64,000 nt of DNA from positions 1 to 64,000 of IMG/VR virus record IMGVR_UViG_3300037313_001002, one strand, 5' to 3'. This stretch comes from a virus (taxonomy: Duplodnaviria; Caudoviricetes). Position 1 is the stretch's first letter. Every line of letters begins with the position of its first letter. The translations under genes were made by a program, and so were the position numbers. Below are positions 29,420-38,179 of the stretch, one piece after another. Under the pieces are notes generated by a model. The model had not been told where the DNA came from, searched no databases, and was given only the letters and a program-made list of their open reading frames with translations.

Positions 29420-29608
29420 TCAATCAACTTTTTCATAACTTCCCCTTCCTTTACTGTGCTTTCTTTCCTTTTCTACTACGCTTATTTCCCGCACATCTTT
29501 CACTTCATCGATAATAGCGCGTATGGCTTCGTGAAATTCATTTGCCTCAACATCTTTTTGATATTGGGTAACATCGCTATGTAACTTGTAAAAAACTATA
29601 AACTTCAT
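29420..29608 (-). CDS. hypothetical protein
   Basis: 62-aa ORF coupled to the upstream gene. Confidence 0.4.
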   Translation of the reverse strand: MKFIVFYKLHSDVTQYQKDVEANEFHEAIRAIIDEVKDVREISVVEKERKHSKGRGSYEKVD

Positions 29609-30189
29609 AATTGATGTGGTTCAAGTAAAAGGTAAGGTGGCCGTATTTGTGGTTTCCCATGCCATGAACGATCATCTCCATTATGTAAATGATAGGTCTT
29701 AATGGTTCGGCTTGGATTGCTTAAATTATAGCCCGCCTGTTGCAATTCATAAGCCAACCGATTGTCGCAACCCGGAAATCCCAATAAAAAATCATAGTTT
29801 CCTGTTTTTATTTTGCCCCTAAAAAGCCAACTATCCTGACTATCTCTGCGTCCCATAAATTGACCCGTTAGCGCATCCCAACGTGTTAATGCCCAACAGT
29901 CGTCCTTTTCAAGCAATAACTTTATTATCTCCAATCCTTCTTCGTCAAAATAAATGTCAGAGTTCGCTATGATGTTGATGTCGTTATCGTTAGTCACTTC
30001 ATTCACGTAATCGAATATCTCTTTGAAAGTCGGCCTGTTCTGTATTTGCTTGGCTGAACTTAATGTTCCTGTTTCGTCAAGTAGGTAAATTTTGTCGATG
30101 AAGATATTGTTCTCGTTTTTTTGCAAAACCGTGTTAAGTTCGGCAAACCGCTTTTCGTCGTGATAATATGTTGTGAACAGATTTATCAT
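29605..30189 (-). CDS. GT-A-like protein
   Basis: IIANSDIYFD, SQDSW, GCDNRLAYEL; start moved to the ATG at 30189. Confidence 0.6.
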   Translation of the reverse strand: MINLFTTYYHDEKRFAELNTVLQKNENNIFIDKIYLLDETGTLSSAKQIQNRPTFKEIFDYVNEVTNDNDINIIANSDIYFDEEGLEIIKLLLEKDDCWALTRWDALTGQFMGRRDSQDSWLFRGKIKTGNYDFLLGFPGCDNRLAYELQQAGYNLSNPSRTIKTYHLHNGDDRSWHGKPQIRPPYLLLEPHQL

Positions 30190-30319
30190 AAAATTAAAAA
30201 ACCCCACAGTCCTCCATGTCAGAGAAAGCGCGAACAATCCACAAATGAAATGGAACTAACTGCGGGGGTGCTTTAAATATCTTGATTCTCATTTGTGAAT
30301 TTTTAAGATGTTCGCTTTT

Positions 30320-30327
30320 CAAATGTA
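30320..30327 (-). promoter_or_regulatory. Bacteroidota -7 promoter box upstream of the glycan island
   Basis: TACATTTG on minus matches TAnnTTTG. Confidence 0.45.
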
Positions 30328-30356
30328 ATAATGTTTTTGATAAATACAAAAAAGTT

Positions 30357-30758
30357 TTATTTACCGAACTCATCCACCTGAACTAATTTTTTATTTTCTT
30401 TCTCCAATAATTTATTTTTTGCCATCACCGAAACTAACTCTCTGTAAAGGTTTCGGTTTGAAGCCTGTAAATTTGCGTTATAAGACACTATCTTTCCCAA
30501 ACGGGTGTTTATATCCAATAAGGCGATAAGTCGCTCCTTAGAGGCTTTAATTCGCTCTGACGGGTATTTTTTCTCGTAGTCTACAACTTCCTGTAGCATA
30601 TCGAGCAAATATCCGGTCTGTTCGCCTAAAAGTTTACACGGTTCATTAACTGTTTCCAGTTCGCTCAACAAAAGGTAGCGTTCAGCTTCTTTCAGGTCTA
30701 AACTGTCGTTCAGGCTTTCTATGGTTTCCTGTAATTCTTTGATGTAAGTCTTTGCCAT
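30357..30758 (-). CDS. coiled-coil hypothetical protein
   Basis: 133 aa, heptad-rich. Confidence 0.45.
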   Translation of the reverse strand: MAKTYIKELQETIESLNDSLDLKEAERYLLLSELETVNEPCKLLGEQTGYLLDMLQEVVDYEKKYPSERIKASKERLIALLDINTRLGKIVSYNANLQASNRNLYRELVSVMAKNKLLEKENKKLVQVDEFGK

Positions 30759-30772
30759 GGCTAAAATACATT

Positions 30773-31723
30773 TTACTGTGCCGATATAGGCATAATAAAT
30801 TTATCGGCTGAATTTCTATCATGCTCAAAAGCGTACATATCACCTAATTCGTAATACCTGTTACGCTTCCAGTCGAAGTAAAGCGTACACTTACCCTTTT
30901 CAGCCACACCCTTTGGTTTAGCCTTGTCAACATGTACATGCACCTCGTTTGGCTTATACTGCCATCCGCTTGAATCCAGTAAACGACTATCTGGCCTCCA
31001 AAGAGTAATCCACGTCATAGATTTCCGATACAACGCCTGTCCACCTGCGGCCTGACGTGGTAATGGTTTTGGATAGTAAGTTATCCCATCCTTGGTTGTT
31101 ATCGGCATTGATTGAGCGGGGTGTATGGATAAGAAAAAATGCCTGTTTTCCTTTTTGCACCTGCGCCTAACCTCAGACATAATACTTTCGATATACAAAT
31201 CCTGACGCGCTCCAAATTCCGTCATATCGTGGCTAAGTTCGTTATACGGCTCGCCAATGATAATATCAATCCGCTGTTTAGGATGTTGCTTATCCCACTC
31301 ATTGGCACAATCGAATAAATCTTTTATCGAATAAGTTTTTTCGTCCGTGTCTAAAATGACAAAATATTCGTTAAGCCATGCAAGTGCATCATAAAGTTCC
31401 CTGTCGCCAATGCAGTACGGATTTGATTTTAACATAACCTTGCCCGTGTACTTGTGAACAAGTTCGGCTACAATTTCATTTGGCGAACCAGTTTCGGGCG
31501 AACAAACTAAACTTCTCTTTCCAAAAAATGTTTGGTTCATAGCCATTTCAAAAATAAACTCCGATTTGCCATGGGTTGGTTCAGCAAGTATGATTGTGTA
31601 GGTTCCTTGCTTGACTGAATAAATTTTATCCAGTTCTCTAAAGCCTGTATTTTCACCACGGGTTATACCACGCTCACGTAGTGATTCAATTTCAGGCATT
31701 ATGTCAAGAATAGATTTAATCAT
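30773..31723 (-). CDS. SF4 (DnaB/Twinkle-like) replicative helicase domain protein
   Basis: GENTGFRELD, Walker A AEPTHGKS, IIIGEPYN, FFLSIHP, VHVDKAK; no primase domain. Confidence 0.8.
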   Translation of the reverse strand: MIKSILDIMPEIESLRERGITRGENTGFRELDKIYSVKQGTYTIILAEPTHGKSEFIFEMAMNQTFFGKRSLVCSPETGSPNEIVAELVHKYTGKVMLKSNPYCIGDRELYDALAWLNEYFVILDTDEKTYSIKDLFDCANEWDKQHPKQRIDIIIGEPYNELSHDMTEFGARQDLYIESIMSEVRRRCKKENRHFFLSIHPAQSMPITTKDGITYYPKPLPRQAAGGQALYRKSMTWITLWRPDSRLLDSSGWQYKPNEVHVHVDKAKPKGVAEKGKCTLYFDWKRNRYYELGDMYAFEHDRNSADKFIMPISAQ

Positions 31724-31744
31724 GATTTGGTTTGTTTAAGGTTG

Positions 31745-32380
31745 TTAATTCCCAACTTCCCCTGTAACGGGTGTTGCAAAAAATTTCTTAGGTTGTTTAG
31801 CGTTTCTAATCCAGTTGGCTACCCGTAATGGCAACTCCCATGTTTTCTCAAGTTCAAACCTCATACGGGTACGTTTTGGATTTAACTCTGTCCAGTACTT
31901 AAAAAATTCATTTAAATTTTCCTTATCAAAACTTGGATTTCTTTCTCCAAAATTTCGTAATTCATCTTTAAACTTTTCTTTTCTAAATAATATATTATCT
32001 TTATATATATTAGTTGGGGCAGGTGACCGTACGGCAACCGTGCGTTGCACACGGTTAGCATCGTTGTAACTATCATAATTACAGACAGTTATCAGTGTAG
32101 TTTGCGTGTTAATCACACGGGTAATCATGTGTGAAGCTTCTAATGAGGTTAAAAAGTTCCTTGCGGTATCTTTACTAACGCCCCACCGGGATGCCCATCC
32201 CTGTAAACTAAGCAAACATTGCCCCCTTTCGCAGACAAAAACCTCGTTACCAAGATTGACTTTTTTGGTTTGAGTATTTACCGTAAGTAAAATATCAAGC
32301 CACCATTTCAGTTTATTGGAATCTTTCCAAATCCAATGTTCCATGATTTGCCTGTGAAGATTTATAAATTCCTGTGACAT
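31745..32380 (-). CDS. phage replication initiator (replisome organiser-like, wHTH)
   Basis: FINLHRQIMEHWIW...WWLDILL, LASRWG-type HTH, LITVCNYDSY; upstream of the helicase. Confidence 0.75.
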   Translation of the reverse strand: MSQEFINLHRQIMEHWIWKDSNKLKWWLDILLTVNTQTKKVNLGNEVFVCERGQCLLSLQGWASRWGVSKDTARNFLTSLEASHMITRVINTQTTLITVCNYDSYNDANRVQRTVAVRSPAPTNIYKDNILFRKEKFKDELRNFGERNPSFDKENLNEFFKYWTELNPKRTRMRFELEKTWELPLRVANWIRNAKQPKKFFATPVTGEVGN

Positions 32381-32383
32381 GAG

Positions 32384-32926
32384 TTAAGCGGCAAGGTGTT
32401 TCCATGTAATATTATTTTTTATATTTCTAATAGCTGACGGGGTGACAAAACTGAACTCTTTATGAACATCCATTACCCGTGTGCCACACTTTATTAACTC
32501 CTTTATTTTTAGTACATTATCCGTGTTAAGCTTAGAAGATTTATTACGCTCACCTATCGCTAAAAGGCCATTGTCTGATGCGTGTTTCATGTTCTCATTT
32601 TGAGTAACCCATTGAAGATTTGAATAGATATTATTGGTTTTATTGCAATCATTGTGGTTAATCTGTGGCTTATTATCGGGGTTGTCTATAAAAACAGTCG
32701 CAACAATTCTATGAACCTGCATGTGACGCCTTTCATCTAACCTACGGAGTGTTACCAGTAAATAGCCATTCCTATCCTTCCATGGCTTTATTATCTGTGA
32801 TTTGTACTTTAGTCGCCTTGGTTTAAATACAATCCTATAACAGCGCATAACGTTGCCTAAATTTGATATTTCGTAGTAGCCATCCCATCCCGGAATAGGT
32901 TTCCAAATTTCTTGTTGTGTTGTCAT
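32384..32926 (-). CDS. NUMOD4-HNH homing endonuclease
   Basis: EIWKPIPGWDGYYEISNLG; VHRIVATVF...INHNDCNKTNNIYSNLQW. Confidence 0.9.
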   Translation of the reverse strand: MTTQQEIWKPIPGWDGYYEISNLGNVMRCYRIVFKPRRLKYKSQIIKPWKDRNGYLLVTLRRLDERRHMQVHRIVATVFIDNPDNKPQINHNDCNKTNNIYSNLQWVTQNENMKHASDNGLLAIGERNKSSKLNTDNVLKIKELIKCGTRVMDVHKEFSFVTPSAIRNIKNNITWKHLAA

Positions 32927-32934
32927 AATTTTAA

Positions 32935-33447
32935 TTATTGATATTTAAAATCAGGTTGATATTTATAATATTTCTTAAAGTAAACAGACACTTGACGGTT
33001 AATATCAGCGTAAAAATCACAGTAATTAACTTCTGAATAGTTTACATCGGCGTAATTCAAATGATAGTGCAAGGCTAAAAGCGATTTTACGTTATTTTTT
33101 GAACGGTTTAGAAAAACAGAAAGCCAGTTTATCCGTTCTTCAATAGGAATATTCGAGAATAGCACATGACAAACCATAGCCATATATTCTTCATACCAAA
33201 AACCATTTCTATGCGAATCTTTAATAGGCCGTATAGCTGCCTTAAGGCCAATCCACACTACCCCAAACTTAGACAAGGCCCCTGAAATTATTTCTTCAAG
33301 CTGAATATGAGAATCAGCCGAAAATTCGTCCAAAGCAACGGCTTTATTATCCGCTAACGGGGTAATAGGCTGACTTTTTTGACGGGCAAGAAACTCCCGA
33401 ACACTACCGCTTTTTTTGGTGTAAACCGTTTCTGTCATCTCGGACAT
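32935..33447 (-). CDS. hypothetical protein
   Basis: 170-aa ORF in the replication operon. Confidence 0.45.
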   Translation of the reverse strand: MSEMTETVYTKKSGSVREFLARQKSQPITPLADNKAVALDEFSADSHIQLEEIISGALSKFGVVWIGLKAAIRPIKDSHRNGFWYEEYMAMVCHVLFSNIPIEERINWLSVFLNRSKNNVKSLLALHYHLNYADVNYSEVNYCDFYADINRQVSVYFKKYYKYQPDFKYQ

Positions 33448-33478
33448 TGTAAATTGTATAAAGCCGACAAATTGTTAT

Positions 33479-33643
33479 TTAATCCAGTAGAATTAATATT
33501 CCACCACGAATCTCAACGGTGTTGACTGCTTTTGTCTTAATCATATCGCTTACACGCTGGCGGCTTGTCTTTTTTAGCCTCGCATATTCGGCTTGAGTGA
33601 TTAGCTTAGTACGGTCAACCTTTAAAGGTTTGAGTTGATCCAT
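33479..33643 (-). CDS. small HTH (excisionase/MerR-like) protein, 54 aa (not in ORF track)
   Basis: Hand translation MDQLKPLKVDRTKLITQAEYARLKKTSRQRVSDMIKTK... Confidence 0.6.
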   Translation of the reverse strand: MDQLKPLKVDRTKLITQAEYARLKKTSRQRVSDMIKTKAVNTVEIRGGILILLD

Positions 33644-33687
33644 GGCATAAAGTTAAAAAATATTAGTAACCGATTGTAAAATACGGC

Positions 33688-33870
33688 CTAAGATTTTTCA
33701 ACATTATCGTCATTGTTTTCTAAACTTTCCTCAACAATAACTCTGACCATTTCTGACTTGGTTCTCCGTTCTTTCCCCGCTCGTTCCGCAATTTTTTCTG
33801 CCGTTGACGGTTTTACCCTTGTCAGGATGAACTCCGTAAATTTCTCGGTATCTTTTTCCGTATTTTTCAT
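33688..33870 (-). CDS. ribbon-helix-helix (Arc/CopG-like) protein
   Basis: FILTRVKPSTAEKIAERAGKERRTKSEMVRVIVEESL. Confidence 0.6.
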   Translation of the reverse strand: MKNTEKDTEKFTEFILTRVKPSTAEKIAERAGKERRTKSEMVRVIVEESLENNDDNVEKS

Positions 33871-34264
33871 TGATTACTTTTCTGATATTCCTAATATATA
33901 AATTAACTATGGGTAAAGTAAGATGGGTTTCCTCACACACTTCATCAAGCGACAATTGCCTGATAAAATACGCCTCGAACACCGAATTTTGCCTGCGGCA
34001 TCTTATGGTAAATGGCATGTCTTTGACTATATCCATCAATAAATCCTTTTCAGAAAAATTAGCCTGATATACACCATCTACATCAAAAATGTCATCTATT
34101 GACGTTTCCGAAAATACTAACCCCATTCTTGACCTGTGCTTACTTAGGTTAATTGCTTTTGAAATGATTATCTTATGCACATAAGACCACATTGCTACGT
34201 CCCCTGTTGAACGAAAGTTTTTGTTTTGAAGCCAAAATGCTATTGAAAGATTAACTTCTGACAA
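33731..34264 (-). CDS. sigma-70 region-4-like HTH protein
   Basis: YFIRQLSLDEVCEETHLTLPIVNLYIRNIRK; C-terminal tail overlaps the next gene; start uncertain. Confidence 0.45.
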   Translation of the reverse strand: MSEVNLSIAFWLQNKNFRSTGDVAMWSYVHKIIISKAINLSKHRSRMGLVFSETSIDDIFDVDGVYQANFSEKDLLMDIVKDMPFTIRCRRQNSVFEAYFIRQLSLDEVCEETHLTLPIVNLYIRNIRKVINEKYGKRYREIYGVHPDKGKTVNGRKNCGTSGERTENQVRNGQSYC

Positions 34265-34377
34265 TAATTCACTTCTGCTAACATGGTATTTAAATGCCCT
34301 GTTTTTTATCCAAGTTTTAATTTTACCATAGTTTTTGTAAAAAAATTTATGCGTAGGGGGTATAACAGTTTCAACCT

Positions 34378-34638
34378 CTACGCTTGGGTAAAAACCTGTG
34401 TACCACCGTTCAATTTATTTTGTGGGGTAACTTCTATGAACCCGGTATTATCCATTGGGTGACCGTTAAGGATGCGTAAAAAATCATTCTCAACTTTCGC
34501 GGTATCAATTAATGTTTGCGCAAGCGGAACTAAAGCATTTGCTCGTTTAATTTCTTCGTCCAGTTTACAGTCATCGTCCTGCAAACGCTCTATTTGAGCG
34601 AATAGGTGATTTCTCAAATCCTCAAGTTTGTTTCTCAT
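34378..34638 (-). CDS. conserved phage protein (NKLxDLRNHLFAQIERL family)
   Basis: Motif recalled from many phages; function unknown. Confidence 0.6.
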   Translation of the reverse strand: MRNKLEDLRNHLFAQIERLQDDDCKLDEEIKRANALVPLAQTLIDTAKVENDFLRILNGHPMDNTGFIEVTPQNKLNGGTQVFTQA

Positions 34639-35035
34639 TTTTCTTAATTTTCAATATGATTTTTTTTATTCGGTTAATTAAAATTTGGTTTCTTTTTATT
34701 TCAATATTTTCCATGGTTATACCTATACCAGCATCACGAAGTAGTTTTCTAACGTAATAATCAGACACAATGCCAACATGCGATTTAAACCTAATATTCC
34801 ACGCCTGTAAATAATCCTTGTTTTTCTCAAACTCACGCCTCCAATTAAGGCGTTTTTCTCTGTTTTTAGCGTACCAGTTTTTAGCTGATTTTCTTAAAAC
34901 TCCACTATCCCTATTTTTGATATATTCACATTTTTTACAGGTTCTCATAAAGGAAACTGTACCATTCGGTTTTTTATTTTTCCTAAATAACAAAAGGTCT
35001 TTTTCCTCTCCACAAACCTTACAAAGTCTTGTCAT
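34622..35035 (-). CDS. basic CxxC zinc-finger protein
   Basis: CKVC...CKKC, then a K/R-rich helix and ITMENIEIKR. Confidence 0.55.
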   Translation of the reverse strand: MTRLCKVCGEEKDLLLFRKNKKPNGTVSFMRTCKKCEYIKNRDSGVLRKSAKNWYAKNREKRLNWRREFEKNKDYLQAWNIRFKSHVGIVSDYYVRKLLRDAGIGITMENIEIKRNQILINRIKKIILKIKKNEKQT

Positions 35036-35708
35036 TTAATAATTTAATTAATTTTTTTATACGAAAAATAGCTATTTCAGATCGTTTAATATTAATCATT
35101 TCCGGTGTTATTACCGCCAATCGATTACTATGCTTAATTAATCTTTTGGCATATTGCTCGGTTATTTTATCAATATGATATTTATCTTTAACCCTACGTT
35201 CAAGTAATTGAACTTGACTTGGCTTATGGGTTAGTAAATAATTTCTTCTCCATTCTTTATACTTGTCCGAGTTCCTAAACTTATACGAATTAACCCGTGC
35301 GTACTCCCTAACCCTATCTCTATTCCTGTCCTTGAATTTGGCTGAAATTTGCTTTCTTTTTGCAATAAAATCAGGGTCTTTGCACTTTATATTATTTCGT
35401 ATATTCCACAATTCATTAATGCAATCACGACATTTTTTAGCTCTATAAAGTTTGCCCTTTGCATATTTTTTGCTCCCGTTTTTCTTTAATTGGAAAGATT
35501 CAATCGGCTTTAACTCACCACATCTTTTACAGATTCTAAACGTTTCAACAATCTTAGGTTTTCTGTTTTTTATCCGTAAATCTTTCTGCCTATTATATTT
35601 GCAAATCTTGCACTCTGAATTTAATACCCGGTCGGTCTTTTTTCTATTCCAATGAGTATAAAATTCACTATCATCTTTGGATATTTTACATTGATTACAA
35701 ATCTTCAT
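35019..35708 (-). CDS. basic protein with two CxxC...CxxC units, paralog of the downstream gene
   Basis: CNQC/CKIC and CKRC/CRDC; ITPEMINIKR; start at ATG 35708. Confidence 0.55.
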   Translation of the reverse strand: MKICNQCKISKDDSEFYTHWNRKKTDRVLNSECKICKYNRQKDLRIKNRKPKIVETFRICKRCGELKPIESFQLKKNGSKKYAKGKLYRAKKCRDCINELWNIRNNIKCKDPDFIAKRKQISAKFKDRNRDRVREYARVNSYKFRNSDKYKEWRRNYLLTHKPSQVQLLERRVKDKYHIDKITEQYAKRLIKHSNRLAVITPEMINIKRSEIAIFRIKKLIKLLNDKTL

Positions 35709-35819
35709 TACTATCAAATGTTATACAATGTTAACTATTGTTATACATATAAACAAGTGTAAATGATTTTTTACAAACAAAAACTTTTCAACATTGTTAT
35801 GTGGAGTTTTTAAGGACAT

Positions 35820-35853
35820 AAAAAAGCCCCGGAACAGTCACGAAACCGGGGCT
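35820..35853 (-). terminator. rho-independent terminator
   Basis: AGCCCCGG/CCGGGGCT stem with a T-run on minus. Confidence 0.65.
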
Positions 35854-35897
35854 AAACCAATTCACTTAATGAAAAACTTAACCGATGGTAAAGATAA

Positions 35898-36146
35898 CTA
35901 AAAAATTATTCTTTTAGTTGTATAATTTCCAATTGAATAAGTCCCTTTACAAATAGGGCATTTTTTCGCAAATCCAAGCCAATTATGAACTACTCCATAT
36001 TGACAGTTTGGACAGGGTATATTATACTTAGTAATGATAAAACCGATGGCGTTATGATGCATTACCTGTAATCCGATAGGGCTTTTAAGTTCAAATGTTT
36101 CCATATTTAATCTATTTTGAATAAATCCCGTTGTGGGAAGTACCAC
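35898..36146 (-). CDS. small zinc-ribbon protein
   Basis: CPNC...CPIC; true start probably METF. Confidence 0.45.
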   Translation of the reverse strand: MVLPTTGFIQNRLNMETFELKSPIGLQVMHHNAIGFIITKYNIPCPNCQYGVVHNWLGFAKKCPICKGTYSIGNYTTKRIIF

Positions 36147-36382
36147 TCTACATGAACTAATGAATCGCCCTGTTGCCAGATTTCGTCCATGTCAAGATAG
36201 GTCTGCCCGTTTAGTTTGGTGTACGCCTTGTTAACGCTGTCGGCTTTCATGGGGTGATGTGGCTGAAAGGCTCCCTTGTTAAATACATTAGCCCTGACCA
36301 GACAGGTGTCTCCCACTTCACAAGCGGTATAATCTTTCCTGCACCCGTACAGTAAAAATAATAAAATAATTGCTTTTTTCAT
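36107..36382 (-). CDS. putative lipoprotein
   Basis: MKKAIILLFLLYG-C lipobox-like signal. Confidence 0.6.
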   Translation of the reverse strand: MKKAIILLFLLYGCRKDYTACEVGDTCLVRANVFNKGAFQPHHPMKADSVNKAYTKLNGQTYLDMDEIWQQGDSLVHVEWYFPQRDLFKID

Positions 36383-36418
36383 GGTAAATGAGTATATTTA
36401 TATTAGTTCTTTGACATG

Positions 36419-36862
36419 TTAAAAAATATCTTTTTGCTCGTTTGGATAGCAGATTTCCCAATCAAAATTGATTCGGAACCATTGGCGTATGTACTCCAAC
36501 TTTTCTTCAAAGTCAATAGTGCTTTGATCTGCCGATGAACCCGGCTTTCGGATAGGCGTATTGTTAACCACCACAATCTCTCCAAAGAAGTTGGCCTTGT
36601 TCCAGTCATGCACCTGCGATTTATCGTACACTTCCCCCCAAAACTCTTTAAAGCAGTCTATTTCTTCCTGTAAGAAGTAGCCCCAATAAAAATCGTTTTG
36701 GTTCAGGCTGCGTGGTTTACGGCGTGACTTAACTTCAACTGTTACGCGCTCACCGTCTTTAAAGGCAGTTGCCAGTTCTTTATAAACCCATTCATAGCGC
36801 GGAAAGTCAATAAAGCAACTGTTTTTGACGTACTTGATAACCGCATCGAATTTTCTTGTCAT
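36419..36862 (-). CDS. NinB-like recombination protein
   Basis: RKPRSLNQNDFYWG, SSADQSTIDF...EYIRQW. Confidence 0.65.
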   Translation of the reverse strand: MTRKFDAVIKYVKNSCFIDFPRYEWVYKELATAFKDGERVTVEVKSRRKPRSLNQNDFYWGYFLQEEIDCFKEFWGEVYDKSQVHDWNKANFFGEIVVVNNTPIRKPGSSADQSTIDFEEKLEYIRQWFRINFDWEICYPNEQKDIF

Positions 36863-36957
36863 AGTATATTATTTAAGCCCCTCTAAAGCCTTTAAAAGCG
36901 GGTCAAAGTTGCGCCATTTACCCGTGTTATCCTTTTCAAGGTAGAACTTTTGCTCAC

Positions 36958-38135
36958 TCATGGTATTTTATAAAACTTAACTTCGTTTTCAAGAAATTCA
37001 ACCAAATAAGTTTTACCCTCCGGCCTGACTAAAATATAAGCACCGTCAACATTTTCAACCATACCTAACCGTGGTTTTGTCATAGACTTTAAATCCTTAG
37101 ATAAATTGCCGGTCATTTCTACAATATCACCTTTTTCCGGTCTCATACTTTACTAACTAAATTAAGTGTAAAATCAGGTTTCTTAAAATACAGGGACACT
37201 ATCCATAGAATATGCGTCCGGTCGCAATCATAAGCTTTGGCAAGGTCGTTAACTGTTAATTTCCCTGCGATATAGTCCTCGATGACCAAAGCGTAGAACT
37301 GTAAGTCCTCGGTTCTCTGGCTGCGCCTGATGTACCATACAAGGCGTTCCTGTGGTTGTGATAGGTCGGTGGTGAGCATGGCTAAACTAATTGTTCCATC
37401 GGTGGAGTTTTTTCAAATGATATAGTAAAGTTTAAATCAGCTCCTACCATACCTTGAAATTGTGTATAATGTGATTGCTTAACGGTGTTTTCTTTAATAT
37501 ATTCGCCAATATAAGCATCAAGCATGGTTTTTAGGGCAGTATAGTTGTCCTGACTAAAACCTAATTCAATTTCGATCTCGATTTTCATTGTTTTTATGGT
37601 TTAAAATGACTATCTTTATTTAGATGTTCTTTGAAATGTATTCGTTTGGCGCGGCGTTTAACCTTTAAGTTACGTAATTTAAATTCAAACATTGAGTTAT
37701 AAACTTTCACTCTACCAATAGAGATAAGGTAGTTTATTCGTTCAGAAAACATTTGCAGTAATCTTTTATTTTTTCGTCTTTTAAACTGTTTCCCAATAAA
37801 ATTGCATATTGATATAACTTCCATTAAACTTTCTAATTTGCAGAGTATCACACTTAGCGCAATACCTTATACCAACACCCTCACTTTCCCATGAATGCTT
37901 GCACGAATTAGTTTTATTTTTTTTCATTATTAATAGGTATTATGATAAATTCTTTTTTTCCTACTTCTATAAAATACTCAAAATCAACTTCGCCGTCACT
38001 TGATTGAGAAACACACAAATGGTCGTATAGTAGCGTCCACGCCTCGTCTATTTGTTGAGGTGTTTGCTTAATTGGGACAATACCTTTCTTAGACCAATCG
38101 CTCCATTCTGTAAATTCATTATCTGCACTTTCCAT
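36958..38135 (-). CDS. run of five small hypothetical ORFs (36958-37146, 37143-37379, 37382-37588, 37594-37851, 37914-38135)
   Basis: Co-oriented 62-85 aa ORFs; the first two overlap; 37594-37851 is the least certain. Confidence 0.45.
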
Positions 38136-38179
38136 CGTAAAGTTTTTAAAAGGGTGTGTTATTTATTTTGTTGGGGGTG

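Noticed and set aside
22819-30189. Host chromosomal LPS/capsule operon
   Set aside because: No Wzx/Wzy/Wzz or nucleotide-sugar synthesis genes; directly coupled to phage groES/terL and flanked by phage genes
30773-35717. Temperate lifestyle or prophage
   Set aside because: Small HTH/RHH genes exist but there is no integrase, att site, CI-type repressor or host flanking DNA in the window; lifestyle is unresolved
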